Positions 1-9,575 of a DNA stretch of 64,000 nt are shown one piece after another (within the stretch, counting starts at the first letter, position 1; every line of letters begins with the position of its first letter). The stretch is from IMG/VR virus record IMGVR_UViG_3300033388_005412, positions 32,001-96,000 of that record; one strand, written 5' to 3'. Position numbers and translations under genes: made by a program. The stretch is from a virus (Duplodnaviria; Caudoviricetes). Under the pieces are notes generated by a model. The model was given only the letters and a program-made list of their open reading frames with translations. It did not search any database and was not told the DNA's origin.

Positions 1-432
1 TGTTTTTCTCCAATCAAATCGTCTAATTCTTTTTGCGCCCGCCAGTTCAAGAAATTTTTTTAAAGTTTGAAAATCAAATCCCGTATAATGAATATTGTAA
101 AGATAATCTCCGCCTCCAAAAATAGGGCCAATAATAACAGACAGGTCTTTTGTTTTATTATATACATTAAACAAGCTTTCTATGTCTGGAACAGACAATC
201 TCAATATTCCGCCGGGCTTTAAAACCCTTAACCATTCCTTAAGAATATCAACAATAATTTTACGGTGAAAATGTTCCAAAATATGACAGGCATAAACCAA
301 ATCACAACTATTATCTTTTATCATAGGTAATCTATCAACGCTATTAACTATATCGATATGTGGAAAATTCATAATATCAATGTGCGTAAACCCTTTGATA
401 AACTTGTTGCCACATCCCAAGTGTAATTTCAT
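1..432 (-). CDS. Class I SAM-dependent methyltransferase (Methyltransf_11-like), truncated by the left window edge
   Basis: Not in the ORF track; translated by hand: MKLHLGCGNKFIKGFTHID...CDLVYACHILEHF...EWLRVLKPGGILRLSVPD. Has motif I (LGCG) and the post-II/III motifs; ATGA overlap with the upstream GT10 gene. Confidence 0.9.
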   Translation of the reverse strand, partial: MKLHLGCGNKFIKGFTHIDIMNFPHIDIVNSVDRLPMIKDNSCDLVYACHILEHFHRKIIVDILKEWLRVLKPGGILRLSVPDIESLFNVYNKTKDLSVIIGPIFGGGDYLYNIHYTGFDFQTLKKFLELAGAKRIRRFDWRKT

Positions 433-1379
433 CTTTTATTCCTTTCGGCGAGGATACCCGATAATTTTATTAACTCTTCGTAATAGGGGGCGTCGCAATC
501 GAGCCCTATATCTTTGCACAAAAACCTCATACATGATTCGTATGTTCTCATTCCAACCAATCTCTTTTGATTTTGCATAATTGCCCTCTGATAATTTAAT
601 ATTTCCTGCGAACTCATGTTCTTTATATAATTAAGCAGTTTCTTCTCAGACCAAAAGTCTCTATAATCAATATAACAGCTTTTTGGAATAAATTCAGAAA
701 TATCCATCGCTCCTAAATATACAGGAATACAGCCTGCTGCAATAATATCAAAAAGTTTTTCTGTTATATGTCCTATATCTAGCTGGCTTTCAATAGCTAA
801 AGAAAATATATATTTCGAAAGCATTTTTACTTTTGCCGAATACCTCGGTAGATATTTGGCTATAGTTTCTTCATTCACAGCATGGTTTGTTATGTCATCT
901 TTAATACGAATATTATATTGCCCATAAATATCAACCCCAAGGTTTTTAAAACAATTTATTATCTTTCCCTTTGGCTCTCCACGCAAATGATAATTAGTAG
1001 CCACTGTACAGAACAGCTTTTGGCGATTGCCGATGGGATAGCATTCTTTTTCTGTTATCCACAATGGAATTGGCATATATTTAACCGTATCATTGTCAAC
1101 ATCGGTAGATATATGCGTATATATTCTTCCAAATTGTTGCTGATATCTAACACCGAAACCGTGGGGTTGTCTATATCTTCCCTCGTAATGTATGAGAATT
1201 CTTTTTGAATAGTCAAATTTATTAATAATATCTGATAGAAGTTTTCTTTTTTCTATATCGTATGGCTGAAAAACAATTAACCAATCATCTTTTGTTGGAG
1301 AAACATCTGTCGTCGCATTTTTGACAACACCGCTGTTTAAGTACACCCCCCAACTCCAATAAGAAATAGAATAAATCAT
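429..1379 (-). CDS. Glycosyltransferase family 10 (alpha-1,3-fucosyltransferase-like)
   Basis: KYIFSLAIES...GHITEKLFD...GCIPVYLG matches the GT10 alpha-1,3 motif (YKFxLxFEN...YITEK...PVxxG). Confidence 0.8.
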   Translation of the reverse strand: MIYSISYWSWGVYLNSGVVKNATTDVSPTKDDWLIVFQPYDIEKRKLLSDIINKFDYSKRILIHYEGRYRQPHGFGVRYQQQFGRIYTHISTDVDNDTVKYMPIPLWITEKECYPIGNRQKLFCTVATNYHLRGEPKGKIINCFKNLGVDIYGQYNIRIKDDITNHAVNEETIAKYLPRYSAKVKMLSKYIFSLAIESQLDIGHITEKLFDIIAAGCIPVYLGAMDISEFIPKSCYIDYRDFWSEKKLLNYIKNMSSQEILNYQRAIMQNQKRLVGMRTYESCMRFLCKDIGLDCDAPYYEELIKLSGILAERNKR

Positions 1380-1633
1380 TTATTGTTCTCTGCTCTCTTC
1401 CACTCTTCGATTGTTACCAAATTCAATATTTCTTTTCTACGCTTGCAAAGGAAATTAAAGTTAACATCTTTATCAGCACATTTTAATAACTTTTGTCTTC
1501 CGTTTGGCTTAATAACACCGATTCCTTCATCTATATCTATCGTACATAGCGATATGTTTTCCATCGTTCTTCTACATGATAAAATTGCCTTCCACACAGA
1601 CCCGTTCCAATGATTAACAACTACATGTTCCAT
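1376..1633 (-). pseudogene. C-terminal fragment of a Methyltransf_24-like SAM methyltransferase
   Basis: WNGSVWKA...TIDIDEGIGVIK resembles the C-terminal WNGDVWKA...VDTDxGxGVI of that family; the N-terminal SAM-binding half is missing and an in-frame stop lies just upstream. Confidence 0.5.
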
Positions 1634-1827
1634 TTGGTGTTCTTCTCTACGCCATCGGCTTTATTCCAAATAGATTTGCCTGGCCAGAAAACATTTACTT
1701 TTTCAGAAATTTTTTTGTGAATTAATAACAAACTATTAAAAATTACTGTGGCATTAGACAACAATCCGCAATCATGTTTATCAAGAATTAATGTGTTTGT
1801 TTTTTGATTATAAGTAGTGCCGTACAT
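1621..1827 (-). CDS. Short hypothetical protein, possibly an N-terminal remnant
   Basis: 68-aa ORF starting 7 nt after the upstream stop and overlapping the methyltransferase fragment in another frame. Confidence 0.45.
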   Translation of the reverse strand: MYGTTYNQKTNTLILDKHDCGLLSNATVIFNSLLLIHKKISEKVNVFWPGKSIWNKADGVEKNTKWNM

Positions 1828-1833
1828 ATGATA

Positions 1834-3462
1834 TCACATCCATAACCAATTTCTAAAACACTTTGCACACATATTGTGTTTTTGATTTACAAAATCTTCT
1901 CTAAATTTTTGGCAATATTCATTATTCCACACAACAGGGTCTTTTATATTTCCATAAGCCGAATTACAAGGCAAAACAGAATTACAAATTGATATACTCC
2001 CGTTTCCATCAATTGCTATCATATCCCATGGTGATTGGCATGTTTGATTACCACCATTTTTATCTATTAAAGTTGGATATTTTTTTACAATATCAGCATT
2101 ATCTAGTTGTTTAATCTGATCAATATGCTGTTTATAATCTTTGGTTAAAACTAATTTCCAAAAATCTTTATTTTCAATATCATTAAAATGTGGTAATAAA
2201 TTATGCAAATGAACATTTTTAACACCTATAGATTTTATTAATTTTAATAATTGTGGAACAAATACTATATTTTCAGTAGTTACCACAGAACTAACATAAC
2301 ACGGTATTTCAGATTTTGCCACTAATTCAATACCTTTGATTACTCTATCCCATATATCAATTTTTGTTATTTTTTGATGTTCTTCTTTACAATGTGCATT
2401 TAGGCTTATAGAAATATAATCAGGCCTATGTTTACCTAATAAAGTATGAAATTTTTCAAGTAAAAATGAACCATTAGTAATTAATCCAACACTTTTATTT
2501 TGGTATTTTAATGTATTTATCACTGGAATTAAATTTGGACTTGACATTGGTTCACCATAACCACAGATACAAACACCTTTAATTGATGGAAGTTTTTTTA
2601 GCAAATAATCAGTAAGTTTTGGTGTTATGTCAGGAGCGTGCTCTATAAAATTATGTTGCCGATAACACCATTCGCATTTAAAATTACATTTATCTGTCAT
2701 ATAAATAGTTGCTTGCGTTGGACCTTTCATAAATTCTTCCAATCTTTTATATTCAAATCTTTTTTTTCTTATGTTTTTTTCTTCTTTTATGATTTTATTA
2801 GAATTTATACTAGCAAGCATACCAGCTATAGCATATAAATTTAAAATATTTGGGTTTTTTTTAAATATGTTAAATAGCATTTGGGGAACATCTTTTAACC
2901 ATCTATATCTGTAAATTTTAAATTTTTCCATTAAATTGTAATATCTTTCGAAAATACTTTCATTTGTCCATTTAGGACTATGTTTTCCAATACATTGTTC
3001 TATTATACAGCACCCATTGGAATCGTTATTAATATTATAACCATCTTTCTGTATTCTTTCCAATTGTTCCATTTCAGAACTTGGGTGTTTTAAATTATAT
3101 GGGTAATTTTTAAATATATTATATTTGTAAATCTTTATACCATATATTTTAAAATTCAAATGAATATCTAATAACTGAAAACATTTAAAAACACTTGAAT
3201 CAGTTTCGTCTTGTATTGAATTATACATAGTTTCAATAGCTGTTGGATATAAAATCATATCAGAATCGCATTCAATGTAAAATTTTGTTTCGCACTGATT
3301 AAGCATTTTCTGAAAAGCAGCAGACATTGGACTAATATTTTTAATTATTTTCAATGTAAACTTGACAGTTTGTTGGTTTAATGCATCTAAACAATCTTCA
3401 TAATTTAGATCAACACCAGATGTTATTAAAAAAACGGTTAAATTTTCACTTAAATCTATCAT
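1834..3462 (-). CDS. GT-A glycosyltransferase-like domain fused to a radical SAM/SPASM(twitch) domain
   Basis: N-terminal GT2-like fold with ECDSD (DxD); CNFKCEWC = CxxxCxxC; C-terminal CQSPW...SIC...CAKC auxiliary-cluster motif. Start moved to the ATG at 3462 to remove the overlap with the upstream gene. Confidence 0.85.
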   Translation of the reverse strand: MIDLSENLTVFLITSGVDLNYEDCLDALNQQTVKFTLKIIKNISPMSAAFQKMLNQCETKFYIECDSDMILYPTAIETMYNSIQDETDSSVFKCFQLLDIHLNFKIYGIKIYKYNIFKNYPYNLKHPSSEMEQLERIQKDGYNINNDSNGCCIIEQCIGKHSPKWTNESIFERYYNLMEKFKIYRYRWLKDVPQMLFNIFKKNPNILNLYAIAGMLASINSNKIIKEEKNIRKKRFEYKRLEEFMKGPTQATIYMTDKCNFKCEWCYRQHNFIEHAPDITPKLTDYLLKKLPSIKGVCICGYGEPMSSPNLIPVINTLKYQNKSVGLITNGSFLLEKFHTLLGKHRPDYISISLNAHCKEEHQKITKIDIWDRVIKGIELVAKSEIPCYVSSVVTTENIVFVPQLLKLIKSIGVKNVHLHNLLPHFNDIENKDFWKLVLTKDYKQHIDQIKQLDNADIVKKYPTLIDKNGGNQTCQSPWDMIAIDGNGSISICNSVLPCNSAYGNIKDPVVWNNEYCQKFREDFVNQKHNMCAKCFRNWLWM

Positions 3463-3463
3463 T

Positions 3464-6400
3464 TTATATATTATTAATTTTATCCCTTCGTTTGGAATGT
3501 ATTTGATGAAATTTTTCCATATCACCTAAAATAAAACATTCCCATATATCAGCAACAATATCCCAACTCCACCCAGCCACAATTATTTTTCTATTCGATA
3601 ATCCCGCTTGTTTCATTCTTTCCGGATCTTTTATCATTTTTATTATACCATCAGCTAATGAGTCAACATCTCTATTAACAATGCAATTTAAATAACTTAT
3701 GTTTATTTCTGAAGTTACACCTACTTCTGTTGAAACAAATGGAATACCACATGCACATGTTTCCACCAACGGTGTCGGTAGCCCCTCATTCGATGACGCA
3801 CAAATGTATAAATCAATATCAGAATAAAATTCCGGCATTTTTTCGTGGGGAATTAAGTTTTCATATCCATGTGTTTTAAAAATAACATTCGGATATTGTT
3901 TCTTTACAATATCTATTGCCGGAATGATAATATCATAATATCCTTTTAGTTTTTTATTTTTATTACCCACCCAACCTATAGTAATTGCATTATTTTCCAA
4001 TATATTATGAAATTTAAACATATTCGTATCAATTCCAGATGGTAAATAATACGCATCTATACTATGTTTATCTTTCCATGCTTGTATTATATTTTCAGAT
4101 ATTGTGCTATGTCTTAAACCATTTTGTATAAATTGAATTTCATTTTTTATCCATATGTTTCCGCTAATTTCGCTATTCTCAAGACCTATGCTATAAGGAT
4201 TATGATGAACCATTGTCACATTTGGTCTATTTAATAATGCGGGTGCAAAATTTGCACGGGACATACCAAATGAGGCCATAGCAAATATCATATCATATTT
4301 TTCTAGATTTAAAGTTAAAAATTCTCTCATGGAATATGCTGTGTAATTAACATCTGATTTTATATTATTTATGAATCCCTTTGCCTGGGAATGAATTGCC
4401 CAATCGGGGGAGTCATAAATCAAAGCAATATTTAAATTTCCCTTTCCTTTTTTTTGAATATAGTTTTTTTTACTTTCTAATATATTATTTAGAAATTCTT
4501 TTGACCTTATTTGCGGTGCAGCTGATTCATGATCCTGATGAATAAATTCAGATACTTTATCCCTTATTGTTTTTATGTTTTCAGCGCCGCATTTCCAAAA
4601 CATAAAATTATCTTCACCGCCCCATTGCTGAAAACTTTCCGGCCATTTTCCTATTTTTTCAAAGTCTGTTTTGTGTATTCCGCAATTACCATATCCGCCT
4701 TTGCGCCATCCTAGTTTATCAGCACACTGTAAAGTTTTCTCATTTTTACAAATAGGAAAACAAGCTTGATTTTCTTTAATATTTGATGACATAATATCTG
4801 TAAAATTTTCAGGAAAAAGCATGTCAGCATCAGTAAAAAATAGCCGACTGTATTTAGCAACTGCCGCACCGGCATTTAACCCACAGGATCGGTTAAATTC
4901 TTTTTCATTTTGTACAATTCTTATAGGAAATTTAAATTTTTGGCGTAAATCATTGAAATCAATATCTGTTGAGTGGAAATCCGATATAATTATTTCGAAG
5001 TTTTTATAATTTTGATTTGATATTGTTTCAAACATACGATGTAACATAGAAGCTCTATTTTTTAGTGTTAATATAATAGACACATTTTCTTTATTATCCA
5101 TGTGATGTTTCCTCTTTACAATGTTAACAGCGTCCGGCCAACTTATGACTGAACCACCTGTTATGCTGTTATCGCGAACATGCGCCATGAATAATGGTTC
5201 CGGAATATGTTTTCCAATCTTATTATTTTCTAACATAGTCAGCCAGAGATCCCAGTCCTGGGCACGTTGTATATAAGGGTCAAGCCCTGGAAAATCTTTT
5301 TTTCTGATAAGTGACATCATGCTTATGTAATTACTTTTTTTTAAATAACTGGCGTTAAAATTTATTGTTTTAAACGTATCATTTATTATTCCCTTTCTTT
5401 TATAATCAGAATACGCATAACTTATTTTTGGGTTATCTTTAAGAACACCTGCCATCTTTTCGAGCATCTGCGGATCCCATTCAGAATCAGCATCTGAGAA
5501 TAATAAATAATCACCTTTTGATTTTTCATATCCTTTTTCTCTCGCTATATTAGCATTTGTGTGTTTATTGCAATTTATTACTTTAAATTTATACCCATCT
5601 GCATATAATTCTTTCAATATATTTTCCGTATCATCTGTTGATCCGTCATTAACTATAATTATTTCAAAATGTTTGTATGTCTGATTATATATACTGCTTA
5701 TTAAATCCGGAAAATATTTACCACAGTTATATGTTGGTATGATAATACTAATTAACGGAGTGTCTGACGAAGTGTCTGACGAACCATTGTTAATTAGTAA
5801 ATTATTAGTATTTATTAGAACACTCTTATCCGGTTTATTAGATAATTTATCACACCACTTTGATTTAAACATATTCCGATCATCAATTAATCTCTCATCT
5901 CCAGATCTGCTTCTTGTTGCACATGTTATGTGTTTTGCCACAGCCTTATGCGCATATATTGTCTTATATCCAACATCTTCAGCCTTGAGGGAATAATCTA
6001 CATCACTTGATTCCATTTTATATTGTATTGAAAAACACCCAAGCTTATCAAATAAATCATGCCGCGTCATAAAACACGCGCCTGTGACAGCCTGAACTTC
6101 TTTTGTCTCATTGGCCTGAGGGTGGCCCCCTGGTTTACCAATATAAGAATGTTTACAATTGCATTGCTTATCTATTTCAATGCCGGCATGCTGAATTGTG
6201 CCATCTTGAAATAACAACTTGGCCCCGACAACACCAACTTTCGGTTTTGCCAGTTCTTCTACCATATTATTTAACCAGTCTATTTCCACAAAAGCATCAT
6301 TATTCAAAAAACAAAGTATATTATTTTTAGAATACTTTGCTCCGAGATTACAGAATCTAGAAAAATTAAATTCTTCCGGATGATTATAAACTCTGATGGC

Positions 6401-8452
6401 CGGATTTTGTTTTATTTGTTTTAAATAATTAACTGTATTCACATCCGTACTGCCATTATCAATTATGACTATCTCATAAGGATATTTCGTGTTTTTTCTT
6501 ATATGATTGATACACGTTGATAATAAATCATATCTATCTTTATTTAAAATAATAATACTAACTGGTTCCTTTTTTGCCACGTTTGTTGTTTTAAATAATT
6601 TTTCATCAGGAATCATTTTGTTTATAACATCAACCCATTTCGGGCCGATATTCTCCCATGAATACTTCTTAACATCTTTTCTACCGCTCTCTCCCAAACT
6701 TTTAATCAGTTTTCTATCATTATATAGTATATCAAATGAATCAGTAATTTCAGATATTGATGGTATGGCTCGGCGAATATTTGTCCCGGGTTCAACATAA
6801 AAACCAACCGGTCTAATAAACATTGTTCCCTTTTGAAAATTTTTTAATTCAGAATAATCTGTTATCACCGCTGGAGTCCCTGTAGAAAGGGAATCGCAGT
6901 TATGGGCGTATGCCACACCATTCACTATGTATGTATTATCATCTTCAACTTCTAAATTATAAACATATCCCTTGTACATTTTTCCCACTATTTTAGTGAT
7001 CGGCGTTTTAACATATGATCTGAATTCATTATCAACAACTCCTGTTTTGCTTCTTGAATTTGTTCTTCTTTTTGTCGTGTCCAATGCTATATTCTGATAG
7101 ATATTTAATTTAGTTTTACTTAATTTATTATGAATTCCCATTGATAAAAGACAATCGCGCATCCTGGCTAAGATTGGAAAATCCGTACAACGATGTGATA
7201 ATTTCGGGAAATGTGTGTCCAGTCGTAATTGTTTTCTTACTATTTTCTTTTCAACATCGGATGTTTCGATTATCGGATACCATAATAAATCACCGCGTTT
7301 CAAATGTTTTGCTGTTTTCCATGCCTTTGCTGTCCAAAACCTATGATTAGGTGTAACTTGTATAGGTGTCGACGTCTCGGTATATATATTGTAAATTTTA
7401 CCAGTATAATGTCTTTTAAAAACTTTAAGAACTTTTTTTAATTTACCTCTATGTGTATAAACATAATTTCCCGGCCGGATCCACTGAATTGGCTTATGTT
7501 CATATTTGGTTTTCACATAAGTATTTCTTAAAAAGCACACCGTACCGCCGAAGCCTTCCCCGCTTGACGGCAGCGTTGTTATGTCACACGCGTTATACAG
7601 TCGATTTAGTTTTTCAATTGGAACACCGTGCCCCAGTTGTAACGATGGATTTAATATAACTTTAGATTTGACATTATGATCACCTACCAATGAATGTAGG
7701 TCCCACCCGGCCGGATCATTTATTGCAGTATGCAAATATAAATATGTATTTGGTTTATTCCATTTTGCAAACGCCTCTATAGCATATGGTAGACCCTTCC
7801 TGGGATTTTGTCGGCCAAAATAACCAATAATAAATGAGTCTATATTAACATTCCATATTTGGGTTTTAATGCTTTTTTTATTTTTGAGTGGAACAAATTT
7901 ATTGATCTCACAACCGTCTGATATAATTGTCGTGAATTTCTTCATTATTTTATCCTTCTCTTTTGTTGATAGTTTTGATAATGTTGTTTGAAATCGTTCT
8001 TTTATAACCCGAAAAGCATACGGTCCCGCCGCAATTAATTTATCGGCCGATGCCAGTATTTGCGGACATGATATTATTTGATGTTGATTTTTAACAATAT
8101 TCGGTAATGGCTCGCCTTCTATATGAACATATAAAATTGTTGGAACTTCAGTATTCAGATATGGTTTGGCCGCCCAAATATCAGTTATTATAATTATCAA
8201 ATCAGGTGAAAATTCATTAACTATTTTATCATATTGTTTTTTCTGAAAATGTCGCGGATTGCCGCCTAAATTAACAGGCCATGATATTGTTTTATTATTA
8301 TAATTGTCGTTTTCATTATTTCTTGGATCAAATAATCCAATATGTTCAACAGCAAATCCATTATTATGTAAATAATTACCCAACCCACGACCCAACTGGC
8401 CAAAACCCGTATCGAGAAACGGGCTATCTGAAATTAATAATATCTTCTTCAA
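3464..8452 (-). CDS. Five-domain glycosyltransferase (GT4 with intein, GT2, GT2, GT2/GT7-like, GT4)
   Basis: GT4 motifs RQNPRKG and EGFG; GT2 starts VSIIILN (LNND) and ISIIIPTYN (FSDAD); third GT-A domain with TDAD and WGGED; C-terminal GT4 motif NEGLPTPLVETCACGIP. Confidence 0.9.
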   Translation of the reverse strand: MKKILLISDSPFLDTGFGQLGRGLGNYLHNNGFAVEHIGLFDPRNNENDNYNNKTISWPVNLGGNPRHFQKKQYDKIVNEFSPDLIIIITDIWAAKPYLNTEVPTILYVHIEGEPLPNIVKNQHQIISCPQILASADKLIAAGPYAFRVIKERFQTTLSKLSTKEKDKIMKKFTTIISDGCEINKFVPLKNKKSIKTQIWNVNIDSFIIGYFGRQNPRKGLPYAIEAFAKWNKPNTYLYLHTAINDPAGWDLHSLVGDHNVKSKVILNPSLQLGHGVPIEKLNRLYNACDITTLPSSGEGFGGTVCFLRNTYVKTKYEHKPIQWIRPGNYVYTHRGKLKKVLKVFKRHYTGKIYNIYTETSTPIQVTPNHRFWTAKAWKTAKHLKRGDLLWYPIIETSDVEKKIVRKQLRLDTHFPKLSHRCTDFPILARMRDCLLSMGIHNKLSKTKLNIYQNIALDTTKRRTNSRSKTGVVDNEFRSYVKTPITKIVGKMYKGYVYNLEVEDDNTYIVNGVAYAHNCDSLSTGTPAVITDYSELKNFQKGTMFIRPVGFYVEPGTNIRRAIPSISEITDSFDILYNDRKLIKSLGESGRKDVKKYSWENIGPKWVDVINKMIPDEKLFKTTNVAKKEPVSIIILNKDRYDLLSTCINHIRKNTKYPYEIVIIDNGSTDVNTVNYLKQIKQNPAIRVYNHPEEFNFSRFCNLGAKYSKNNILCFLNNDAFVEIDWLNNMVEELAKPKVGVVGAKLLFQDGTIQHAGIEIDKQCNCKHSYIGKPGGHPQANETKEVQAVTGACFMTRHDLFDKLGCFSIQYKMESSDVDYSLKAEDVGYKTIYAHKAVAKHITCATRSRSGDERLIDDRNMFKSKWCDKLSNKPDKSVLINTNNLLINNGSSDTSSDTPLISIIIPTYNCGKYFPDLISSIYNQTYKHFEIIIVNDGSTDDTENILKELYADGYKFKVINCNKHTNANIAREKGYEKSKGDYLLFSDADSEWDPQMLEKMAGVLKDNPKISYAYSDYKRKGIINDTFKTINFNASYLKKSNYISMMSLIRKKDFPGLDPYIQRAQDWDLWLTMLENNKIGKHIPEPLFMAHVRDNSITGGSVISWPDAVNIVKRKHHMDNKENVSIILTLKNRASMLHRMFETISNQNYKNFEIIISDFHSTDIDFNDLRQKFKFPIRIVQNEKEFNRSCGLNAGAAVAKYSRLFFTDADMLFPENFTDIMSSNIKENQACFPICKNEKTLQCADKLGWRKGGYGNCGIHKTDFEKIGKWPESFQQWGGEDNFMFWKCGAENIKTIRDKVSEFIHQDHESAAPQIRSKEFLNNILESKKNYIQKKGKGNLNIALIYDSPDWAIHSQAKGFINNIKSDVNYTAYSMREFLTLNLEKYDMIFAMASFGMSRANFAPALLNRPNVTMVHHNPYSIGLENSEISGNIWIKNEIQFIQNGLRHSTISENIIQAWKDKHSIDAYYLPSGIDTNMFKFHNILENNAITIGWVGNKNKKLKGYYDIIIPAIDIVKKQYPNVIFKTHGYENLIPHEKMPEFYSDIDLYICASSNEGLPTPLVETCACGIPFVSTEVGVTSEINISYLNCIVNRDVDSLADGIIKMIKDPERMKQAGLSNRKIIVAGWSWDIVADIWECFILGDMEKFHQIHSKRRDKINNI
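6899..7537 (-). mobile_element. Mini-intein (213 aa) inside the GT4 catalytic motif
   Basis: Block A starts CFLRNTYV; block B VTPNH (TxxH); block F VYNLEVEDDNTYIVNG; block G AHN followed by extein Cys. Splicing restores EGFGGTVCDSLSTGTP. Confidence 0.93.
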
Positions 8453-8664
8453 AATATCTTTTTCTTTTTTCTTAAAAACAACATTCCATTTCCACCGTGA
8501 CCGGATAATTTCGCGTGCCCAACTTCATATCCGTCTGGCAAATCAACAGCGTCCACAATTTCTTTTGAAAAATAATAAAACATTCTATTTTTGGAATATC
8601 TCGCAAGTTTAGAATGTAAATAATATGTTATTCCTGTTTTAGGATGAACAACGCTGCATGCCAT
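8449..8664 (-). CDS. Small basic hypothetical protein (TYYLH...YYFSKE...LPDGYEV...GMLFLRKK type)
   Basis: 71 aa, ATGA-type overlap; the pattern resembles a recurrent small prokaryotic hypothetical family (from memory, not searched). Confidence 0.6.
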   Translation of the reverse strand: MACSVVHPKTGITYYLHSKLARYSKNRMFYYFSKEIVDAVDLPDGYEVGHAKLSGHGGNGMLFLRKKKKIF

Positions 8665-8665
8665 T

Positions 8666-8881
8666 TTATTTTCCCCCCGATTTCTTTTTTGAACTCTTTT
8701 TAAGTTCTTTTGCTTTTTTCATTCTGTTTATTATATCATTGACTTGCCTGCCTGTCAACACCCTATTTTCTTTTTCAACTGTTTTTGTTTCTTCTTTTTT
8801 TATGTTGACCTGTTTAATTTGATCTTGTTGCTTTATTTTCGCCAATTTAGGATTGTAATTTATTGTGTTCGGAAATATCAT
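8666..8881 (-). CDS. Lys-rich hypothetical protein
   Basis: 71-aa ORF tightly coupled to both neighbours. Confidence 0.55.
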   Translation of the reverse strand: MIFPNTINYNPKLAKIKQQDQIKQVNIKKEETKTVEKENRVLTGRQVNDIINRMKKAKELKKSSKKKSGGK

Positions 8882-9348
8882 TTCATTTCAACCCCATGTG
8901 TGTCTAAATAAAATGTTAAGATCGCGAGAGATGACCATATATCTTTAGCAATACCGTACAACGGGCCTGGAGTTTTCTTAAGACCTATTGCTTTTTTTCT
9001 GCCGCCCCACCTATCCAGAAGCGCTTGACGTATATTTGAATCTTTAGCTCTCATTGAAAAACAATGATGCATTTTAACATCTTTTCTAAGTATTAATTCC
9101 GTTTTAAATCCTTTATCTATTGCAACTTGTTGGAATCTACCAATCCATTCAATTGTATCTATTGTTGTTGCGCCGATCGGCATTCCATATGACGCGATTT
9201 TTTCTATTAAAACCACTAAATTTGATGTGTGCGATTTTAATATATCAATGATTTTCTGGTTCTCGACGATTTCTTTACTTATTATCTTATCACACCATAA
9301 AATATATGCGCTCTGGGTTGTGCCGGGATCAATACTAATATATGTCAT
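8878..9348 (-). CDS. RuvC-like Holliday junction resolvase (phage type)
   Basis: ISIDPG catalytic strand, VLIEK Glu, C-terminal helix D-IWSSLAI; RNase H fold pattern. Confidence 0.75.
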   Translation of the reverse strand: MTYISIDPGTTQSAYILWCDKIISKEIVENQKIIDILKSHTSNLVVLIEKIASYGMPIGATTIDTIEWIGRFQQVAIDKGFKTELILRKDVKMHHCFSMRAKDSNIRQALLDRWGGRKKAIGLKKTPGPLYGIAKDIWSSLAILTFYLDTHGVEMK

Positions 9349-9575
9349 TTTTTAATATTTTCCCTGACAATCGAAAATATAGTCTGAAGATGTTTTCTTA
9401 CACATTCATGTGATATCGCAAGTTTGTTTGATATTTCTTTAAGTGTTAAATTTCTATTTATTCTCAAATAAAATATCAAAACATCTAAAGAATTTAATTC
9501 AGATATAGTATCTTCTAACGCAAGACTTAACATATAATTGTCAATTCTTTTTTCTTTTGTTTTTCTTTTTTCCAT
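9345..9575 (-). CDS. Sigma70 region-4-like helix-turn-helix protein
   Basis: LTLKEISNKLAISHECVRKHL matches the region-4 HTH pattern. Confidence 0.7.
   Translation of the reverse strand: MEKRKTKEKRIDNYMLSLALEDTISELNSLDVLIFYLRINRNLTLKEISNKLAISHECVRKHLQTIFSIVRENIKK

Noticed and set aside
6899-7537. Active homing endonuclease in the intein
   Set aside because: Only about 90 aa lie between the splicing regions and no complete LAGLIDADG motifs are visible.
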